Positions 58,601 through 64,000 of a DNA stretch of 64,000 nucleotides are shown piece after piece. The position numbers and the translations under genes are program-made. Position 1 is the first letter of the stretch. The number at the start of each line of letters is the position of its first letter. Source of the DNA: Minisyncoccia bacterium (lineage in GTDB: Bacteria > Patescibacteriota > Minisyncoccia > Phycocordibacterales > UBA918); the NCBI GenBank assembly GCA_041736805.1, contig JBGSSW010000016.1, forward strand, positions 130,526 to 194,525, read 5' to 3'. The notes under the pieces are model-generated. The model worked only from the letters and a program-made list of their open reading frames with translations, had not been told where the DNA came from and ran no database searches.

Positions 58601-60169
58601 ATTGGGAAAGGCAGCTGGGAAAGTCCACGCTCCACCCGTGGTAGTAGTTGTCGAATGAATACTCGGAGTTGATGTACCGACAACCATTTTAATAGTTAAG
58701 CCAGATGTGGCAGTAGTGCTGCCAGCATCCGTATAAAGAACCCCACTAATAACTGAAGATGGGATAGCTCTCCAGTAAGCAAAATCTAGTGAGCGATATA
58801 TATTTGAACCCAGGCCACCTACTAATACCCCAGCATCCGGCTCTGTCCAAGTAAAAGTTCCGGTGGAATCCATTGCTAAACGCTTTACAAAACCTTGCCG
58901 GATGCTATTGGAAACAATAAAAGTCAGCTTACTTTTATCCGTGGGATTCATGACAATCTTATACTGAGTCTGGGTTCCAAAAGAAGTAGCTGGGAAAGAG
59001 TCAGATTGATTTGTCCAAGTAGTACCACTAGCTGTCATCCAGTTTATATTTGTACTAGCATTGTCATAATAAGTAAGCACAGCTCTAGATAAACCGTTGT
59101 TATGCAACCATCCAGTAGCGACAAACATTCGTCCGGCCGTCGGGGCAGCAGCTGAGGTATCTGCATTGGCAGTATTAGTCCAGGCTGTACCAGACCAAAT
59201 TCCCCTTAGTAAGTCAGCGCCAGCATTACCAACCGAAGCAAAGACAATTTGATCTGAAATTGGGTTGGCGGCAATTGATATGTGGCTGGCATCATCTGTA
59301 AAGGTTGGCATAGCGGTACGGACTGAACCCCAAGTACAAGAAGAGGTCCCACCGGTACAAACTGCGTAGTAGGCACCGTTGGTACCGTTGGTTCCGCCTG
59401 AACCCCAAGCCACCATTACATCTCCTGACAGTGACTCATATGCTACATCAAAAGATTCGGTATCTTGGGCAGTGCTGATTACCTCTAAAGCAGTTTCAAG
59501 AGCAGCGGAATGTTCGTTACCCCAAGCACTACCGTCCCAAACCATCGCTGATAAGTCAGAATTTGCATCAGCCCAGATTGCTGTCATTAAACTAGAAGTG
59601 GCTCTTGGATCAGAAGCTATCTTCACCCACTGCACAATTTGAGAAGTCCGGACAGGATCAAGATTAGTAGCCGAAGACCAATTGCCGGTCCCGCAGCCGC
59701 TTGAGCCAGACTTAGTGCGAAAAGCTAACTCATTTGTACTACTAGCATTATTTGAGTAAAGAACCACTACATCACCAGTGGCTGTTTCATAATTTATATC
59801 TGCCCTACGAGTAGTACCAGTTCCACCCAAGCTAGCAGTCCATTCGTTTGTCCAAGTACTACCATCAAAGCACATGACTTGCAGATTTCCGGTTGAGTTT
59901 ATGGTAGCGGCTATCATCTCTTCCTTAGTCGGTGAAGACTTCATAATTGAAACTACCGAAGAGGAACCAGTGACTGTTGTAGTGGTAGCACTGAAAGAAT
60001 TCAAAGAGTCGGTATAACTTTTTGTGTATGGCATTGTATCTGACTGAACACCATAAAAATACAATCCATCATTGTAAGTAAACTGAGCTGAAACCAAATT
60101 AGGTACCGTTAGAAATACTAAAGTGAGCAGTGAGAAAGATAGCTTAAAAACAAGACGGGTGTTTAGCAT
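55682..60169 (-). CDS. Giant secreted adhesin-like protein (~1495 aa from ATG 60169) with four 41-aa Asp-box-like repeats and a poly-Gly-linked C-terminal domain
   Basis: Signal peptide MLNTRLVFK...VSA|Q; repeats WTARSA.EAN.W.SVTYGNGL.VAV...GTNR.MTSPDG; Gly runs. Confidence 0.88.
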   Translation of the reverse strand: MLNTRLVFKLSFSLLTLVFLTVPNLVSAQFTYNDGLYFYGVQSDTMPYTKSYTDSLNSFSATTTTVTGSSSVVSIMKSSPTKEEMIAATINSTGNLQVMCFDGSTWTNEWTASLGGTGTTRRADINYETATGDVVVLYSNNASSTNELAFRTKSGSSGCGTGNWSSATNLDPVRTSQIVQWVKIASDPRATSSLMTAIWADANSDLSAMVWDGSAWGNEHSAALETALEVISTAQDTESFDVAYESLSGDVMVAWGSGGTNGTNGAYYAVCTGGTSSCTWGSVRTAMPTFTDDASHISIAANPISDQIVFASVGNAGADLLRGIWSGTAWTNTANADTSAAAPTAGRMFVATGWLHNNGLSRAVLTYYDNASTNINWMTASGTTWTNQSDSFPATSFGTQTQYKIVMNPTDKSKLTFIVSNSIRQGFVKRLAMDSTGTFTWTEPDAGVLVGGLGSNIYRSLDFAYWRAIPSSVISGVLYTDAGSTTATSGLTIKMVVGTSTPSIHSTTTTTGGAWTFPAAFPNATSGTPVSIWLDGDANDTTTIVSGFVTSFPGLVNVPLYYNYLISYGASTSSEVNFSNFAFYDSSDDADILYTVTGTTSTSTANFINKRGKFIATESLNLSANYQNDDTITMAGGNWTARSASEANYWFSVTYGNGLFVAVSGDGTNRAMTSPDGITWTARSAAEANTWRSVTYGNGLFVAVAIGGTNRVMTSPDGITWTARSAAQANSWWSVTYGNGLYVAVSYDGTNQVMTSPDGSTWTARSASESNLWRSITYGNGLYVAVSSSGTNRVMTTADTSLWLTGASDQTLAGNLTGASALRDVKFSETGAKTFANNASTTNLTIATSSATVTAPTILSVAGNFTNRSYFAANSGTVILSGLNQTLSGTTTFNNLAKVATNHATTTFEAGALYTITGNLTFSGVNASTTHALRSSASGTQWKLDPQGTRTLSYLDVKDSNNINVTTVSCGTGCIDGTGNTNWSFVEGGEVATISSVENLHFYTGEATTTIGTITITEPATPTITAANDIRLTIATTTTNFRFNTNTTSLTFGGSASGKVNSTVSYADGGATLVIDVTTNFAASDTLTIGGIAVGSFASVSTTTSTFSLHTDGNSIGTPAATDDKTIRITGSLLATNHASGQVSNEFSLQNKDDETFFAFNLEAVGENTTVTDLVITLAGIQQVDSSNISDFKLYRDTNSNRTLDGGDILLDGSGILTINGQNGAVTFSSDFLASTSANYIMTGDTSTISNRASVVFKLASIGVTALGATSNYSPYIINSVSSIQHNRHNSGGGGSSARVGDDAPPGDGIVSGGGGGGGGGGAGQGADGQNISADANYFRPTTTGSPDNEWTNGGNALVSDGVYATAASTALKQSYTGFSFGIPGSNTIQGIAVKLDASGTTADGTIDVSISWDNGNSYTTAKATPTLSGSDVVYTVGGVADTWGRSWSAGEFSSGNFILRVAAQPASNTVRLDALEVRVYHQAGGGGSGGGGGI

Positions 60170-60183
60170 TTGAAGGGTGGCCC

Positions 60184-60222
60184 GGAGCAGCGCAAAAAAA
60201 CCTCCGTTTTTTTGCGCTGCTC
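60184..60222 (-). terminator. Hairpin between the two giant genes
   Basis: GGAGCAGCGCAAAAAAAC-ctcc-GTTTTTTTGCGCTGCTCC; supports the later ATG (60169) as the true start. Confidence 0.6.
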
Positions 60223-60289
60223 CTTCCCTACTATTTTGTTTTATGACTAAGTTTCGGTACATATCTCTTTTTTAAGCTGGTTATTTTAT

Positions 60290-63200
60290 TTAAGTGCTAG
60301 TGGCATTTAGGTTGCTTGGTGGTGCTGAAACTGGAGCCGATGCTGTTACTTCAGGCTCTTCCTCTAACTCTTCCTCTACTATCGTCTCTTCTTCCGGCGT
60401 TACTTCTTCTTCAAGATTGCTTTCCTCAGTACTGGTGGCATTTTCTTCTTCTGCTGGCACCTCTTCTATTGGCGGGTCAGTTGGTTCCTCTTCTGGCTCC
60501 TCTTCTACCGGTGGGGGTGGAGGAGGAGTAGGTGTTGAGTTGCCTCCCGAATTTGAATTATTGAGCATATTTCGCAAATCATTTGCATTTACACAAACCC
60601 CGTCCACACATAGCTCTTTAGTCTCTACCCTCTCGGCCTTGAGCGTAAAGATGTTAAGTACCCCGTCCACGAAATTGTTAGCCAAAGTCACGAGACGACT
60701 CCAGACAGTCTCTGTCTCACTCTCTCCTACCTCTGCGTCAGTAGTAGAAGCAAGTAAAGCTGCAATCATTACTTTTCCTTCCTCACTTAGATACTTTTCC
60801 TTCAGGGTGACAAACATCACAATTTGACCTACTCGCACCTCTTCTCCATTTTCTAAAGTCACTCTTTCACTTCGCACCTCAGCCAAGGCGGCCAAAGCGG
60901 CGGCCTGAGCTTCGGCTTCGGCCAAGGCCTGAGCCTCAGCTACCTGTGCATCAGTAGTAGTAGCGATAAGTGGCACACATGGCGCTTCACCCGAAGCATT
61001 ACCAGCGCCGTAGTAACAACCGTCATTCATGCGCGGATCATTGGTAGCTGTCACTGGTGTCACGATTGGGTCAACCAAATCGTCTCCAAACTGATTGATA
61101 TATGTATCGGAGTAAGCCCGGGTCTCATCAAAGTCTTCTAGGGCAATACCAACTACTTTGCCCGTTGAACTAGCTTTCATCGCTACACCAGCCACTGAAG
61201 ACAACATCAATTCATCGCCCACTTTAATTTCGCCATTTTCATTTGAAAGCCGTACTGGTACACGTCCAGCTAGAGCAACCCCGAAAGCTACTTCATTTTC
61301 ATCCAAAGAAGTATCATCAAATCCTAGCAAGAGGCCGGGCTTAGTTGAGACCACTCCAATCACTTTGTCTTTAGTCTCCTCACTTGCTTTTCCAACTGAA
61401 AGTCCGCCCTTTAGGTAAATCACATCTCCCGGCAATAGATTTTCACTTGAGAAATAAGTTTCCGCTAAGTCAGAATTACCAGTGTGGTACGAGACCGCTG
61501 ATATTCTGCCAGTGGTACTGGCGTTACAGCTACCATCATTGTCGACACACAGTCCACCGTAGCCAATCTGTAGTCCAGCGTTATTGACGGTTGTTCCGTC
61601 ACCAATGGTGAGTTTCCCGTAGGCTCCCACTGAAAACATCGAAGCCCCAGCATTCTGTAAATCAATAAATTTAGAAGCAGTAGTAGATGAGAATGAACCA
61701 CCAGCATTACCAAAGTTCATCAAAAGTCCGGTACCAACATAAGTCGAGCTGTCTTGGAAGAGCTTCAAGAGTGCAGCTGTAGTAATGGTAGAAGAATAAC
61801 CGCGCAGAGCATTTCCTTGAGTCGTACCAGTTGTCTCACCATAAACTCCCGCTGGTTCAAAAGTACCGCCCGCATCTCCTTGCGTAGTACCACGCACACC
61901 AAAGGTTCGCGCAAAGCCAGAGAGAGCGGTGTTTTCTCCTTGAGTATTGGTACCTTTATCAGCTTGTACTTCTAAGCCCCGAACGGTATTACCAAAAGTC
62001 GTACTATCAGCCAAACGACTCATACTGCCCACGATAGTAGTGGTAGCGGTGTTGGTAGCATATATATATGAACGATTTCCGTATTGCACTGCACTAGCTG
62101 AGTTGTTAGTCAGACTAAAGTATTGGTCGATTCCAGCTGCGCCAACAGCACTGTAGTTTAGATTTTGGATTGAGAGTCTAGACTCAGGAGTACTTGAACC
62201 GATACCGACATTCCCGTTTGAACCTATAGTGAACAAGGTAGCTCCAGAACTTGAAGCAACCGTAAAGAGAGCGGTGGTTGATCCACTATAACCGACCACC
62301 GAAAGCATTGATGTCGGAGTGGTACTACCAATACCAACTTTACCTAAAGCATCAATTCTTAATCTTTCATAAGGACTTGATTGTCCTCCAGTAAAGAAAC
62401 GTAGGTCGGCACTTGTACCAGCCGCAGCAAAATTGAGCCCTCCCAAATTAGGAGCTGAGATCATATACCCTCGATTACTAAAGACAGAAGCTGAAGTTCC
62501 ACCTGCACCAAAGTAGGCTCGGTCATTAATACTCGTACCATTATAGGCATTAAACTCGGTCCAGCCATTGGTGGCGGTATTGTATGCTTTTATACCAAGG
62601 GCACCACCAGAAGATGCTCCAGTGACTTCGAGCTTATCATCTGGTGTACTCGTCCCAATCCCCACATTGCCATTAGCCAAGACTGTTAAGAGTGAAGTTC
62701 CGGTTGAAGAAGCAACGTTGAAGATACTGTTAGCTGAACCAGAGGTTCCGACCACTGACAGTTTAGAAATTGGGGTTGATGAGCCAATCCCCACATTCCC
62801 ATTTTGCAAGATGGAGAAGAGTTGAGCTCCAGTACTAGAAGCCACTGCAAATGGGTTCTGCCCAGCTAGACCCTGCAGGAAGACCGAGGCGGCGACACTC
62901 GGTGAGGTCGTGCCGCTGCGCAGACCACCCATGAAACTCGTGCCGCCTTGGAAGATGTTGTTGTGTACGAGTTCAGTTTTAGAGATGAAGCCGGAGGTCA
63001 TGACGTGGTCATTTGTATCACCAACTGCCACAAACAGACCGTTGCCGTAGGTTATGCCCAACCAACCATCATCGTTACCAGCTGCACTACGCGCGGTCCA
63101 GGTAATACCATCTGGTGAGGTCATAATAAGATCACTAGAATTACCAGCCGCTACAAACAGACCATTGCCGTAGGTGATACCGTACCAGGAATCATTATCT

Positions 63201-64000
63201 CCTGCTGCACTACGTGCGGTCCAGGTAATACCATCTGGTGAGGTCATGACAAGGTCGTTTGTATCACCAACCGCTACAAACAAGCCGTTACCATAGGTGA
63301 TTGCCCACCAAGAATCATTATTTCCTGCCGCACTACGTGCGGTCCAGGTAATACCATCTGGTGAGGTCATAATACGGTTGGTCCCGTCATATGCGGAAGC
63401 AACAAACAGACCGTTGCCGTAAGTAACTGATAACCAGATATTATTTTCAGCCGCACTACGCACGGTCCAAGTAATACCATCTGGTGAGGTCATGACGTAA
63501 TCACCACCTTGACCTATCGCGACAAAGGTACCTTTACCATAGGTGACAGCTCGCCAACCATCGTCATTGCCAGCCGCACTACGCACGGTCCAAGTAATAC
63601 CATCTGGTGAGGTCATGACACGGTCACCTCCACTATTTGCCACCGCAACAAACAGACCGTTGCCGTAGGTGACGGAATTCCAAGAATCGTTATCACCGGC
63701 CGCGGTTGTAGTGGCCCAATTAATACCATCTGATGAGGTCATGACACGGTCACCAAAACTACTCACTGCTACAAACAAATTATTACCGTAGGATACTGAA
63801 CGCCAATTATCATTATTTCCGACAGCTGTCCTGACTGTCCAGTTGATACCAGCAGAGATAAGTTGCCCAGGAAGTTCCAGGTTGCCATTGGCGAGCATGG
63901 CGAGAGTGGTGCTGCCGGTTGAGGAAGCAATCTTTAGTACATCGGCTCCGCCGGCAGCACCTTGGATTGTGAGGCGAGAAGAAGGAGAGGTTGAACCAAT
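60290..64000 (-). CDS. Giant tail-fibre-like surface protein (5'-partial): GNVGIG..TP repeats, seven 41-42-aa propeller repeats, peptidase G2/IMC-like chaperone domain and acidic Pro/Glu tail
   Basis: Frame stays open from 63898 to the window edge (IGSTSPSSRLTIQG...); SDLAETY...PGDVI...VIGVVST.PG...VALAGRVPV...ENG.IKVGD...G.AMKA...GIALE. Confidence 0.9.
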   Translation of the reverse strand: MGSTSPSSRLTIQGAAGGADVLKIASSTGSTTLAMLANGNLELPGQLISAGINWTVRTAVGNNDNWRSVSYGNNLFVAVSSFGDRVMTSSDGINWATTTAAGDNDSWNSVTYGNGLFVAVANSGGDRVMTSPDGITWTVRSAAGNDDGWRAVTYGKGTFVAIGQGGDYVMTSPDGITWTVRSAAENNIWLSVTYGNGLFVASAYDGTNRIMTSPDGITWTARSAAGNNDSWWAITYGNGLFVAVGDTNDLVMTSPDGITWTARSAAGDNDSWYGITYGNGLFVAAGNSSDLIMTSPDGITWTARSAAGNDDGWLGITYGNGLFVAVGDTNDHVMTSGFISKTELVHNNIFQGGTSFMGGLRSGTTSPSVAASVFLQGLAGQNPFAVASSTGAQLFSILQNGNVGIGSSTPISKLSVVGTSGSANSIFNVASSTGTSLLTVLANGNVGIGTSTPDDKLEVTGASSGGALGIKAYNTATNGWTEFNAYNGTSINDRAYFGAGGTSASVFSNRGYMISAPNLGGLNFAAAGTSADLRFFTGGQSSPYERLRIDALGKVGIGSTTPTSMLSVVGYSGSTTALFTVASSSGATLFTIGSNGNVGIGSSTPESRLSIQNLNYSAVGAAGIDQYFSLTNNSASAVQYGNRSYIYATNTATTTIVGSMSRLADSTTFGNTVRGLEVQADKGTNTQGENTALSGFARTFGVRGTTQGDAGGTFEPAGVYGETTGTTQGNALRGYSSTITTAALLKLFQDSSTYVGTGLLMNFGNAGGSFSSTTASKFIDLQNAGASMFSVGAYGKLTIGDGTTVNNAGLQIGYGGLCVDNDGSCNASTTGRISAVSYHTGNSDLAETYFSSENLLPGDVIYLKGGLSVGKASEETKDKVIGVVSTKPGLLLGFDDTSLDENEVAFGVALAGRVPVRLSNENGEIKVGDELMLSSVAGVAMKASSTGKVVGIALEDFDETRAYSDTYINQFGDDLVDPIVTPVTATNDPRMNDGCYYGAGNASGEAPCVPLIATTTDAQVAEAQALAEAEAQAAALAALAEVRSERVTLENGEEVRVGQIVMFVTLKEKYLSEEGKVMIAALLASTTDAEVGESETETVWSRLVTLANNFVDGVLNIFTLKAERVETKELCVDGVCVNANDLRNMLNNSNSGGNSTPTPPPPPPVEEEPEEEPTDPPIEEVPAEEENATSTEESNLEEEVTPEEETIVEEELEEEPEVTASAPVSAPPSNLNATST

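Noticed and set aside
1749-62825. Many 60-180-aa ORFs antisense to or nested in long genes
   Set aside because: Shadow ORFs of well-supported coding regions, with no independent signals.
62999-63843. Possible CRISPR array or DGR template/variable repeats
   Set aside because: These are in-frame coding repeats of ~123 bp; differences are not confined to adenines and no reverse transcriptase is in the window.

Overview
This 64-kb window is chromosomal DNA of a small-genome bacterium. Gene content and protein style (trimmed PheS/PheT, ThrS, EF-Ts and RF1, a short SMC-like ATPase, split transketolase, type IV pilins, very large Thr/Ser-rich surface proteins) point to Patescibacteria/CPR, Parcubacteria-like; this is an inference. 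Standard code 11 fits. Housekeeping genes dominate: dnaG (partial), rpoBC, trmD, khpA, rpsP, rnr, smc-like, rnc, nusB, rpmF, rnhB, dnaE, thrS, gyrB, pheST, tRNA-Thr, tsf, rpsB, prfA, rpmE, rplY and a gap-rpiB-rpe-tkt-pfkB sugar cluster. Accessory content includes a MazF/PemK-type TA pair, small orphan cassettes, two pilins, a sortase locus, a WxL/DUF916-like surface cluster and two giant repeat adhesins at the right end. The most notable observations are: (1) a probable sortase substrate whose VPYTG-TM signal is followed by a ~265-aa cytoplasmic tail that resembles, by eye, the clamp-loader (DnaX/HolA) lid and collar domains; (2) an atypical, very short T-box riboswitch before thrS; (3) an unannotated ~200-nt structured RNA after rnr; (4) a NusB fused to a degenerate Nudix domain; (5) dispersed structure-conserved intergenic hairpin elements, one of them inside a degenerate tRNA-Thr copy; (6) pervasive near-leaderless promoters. 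No searches were run: family calls come from motif recognition in the translations.
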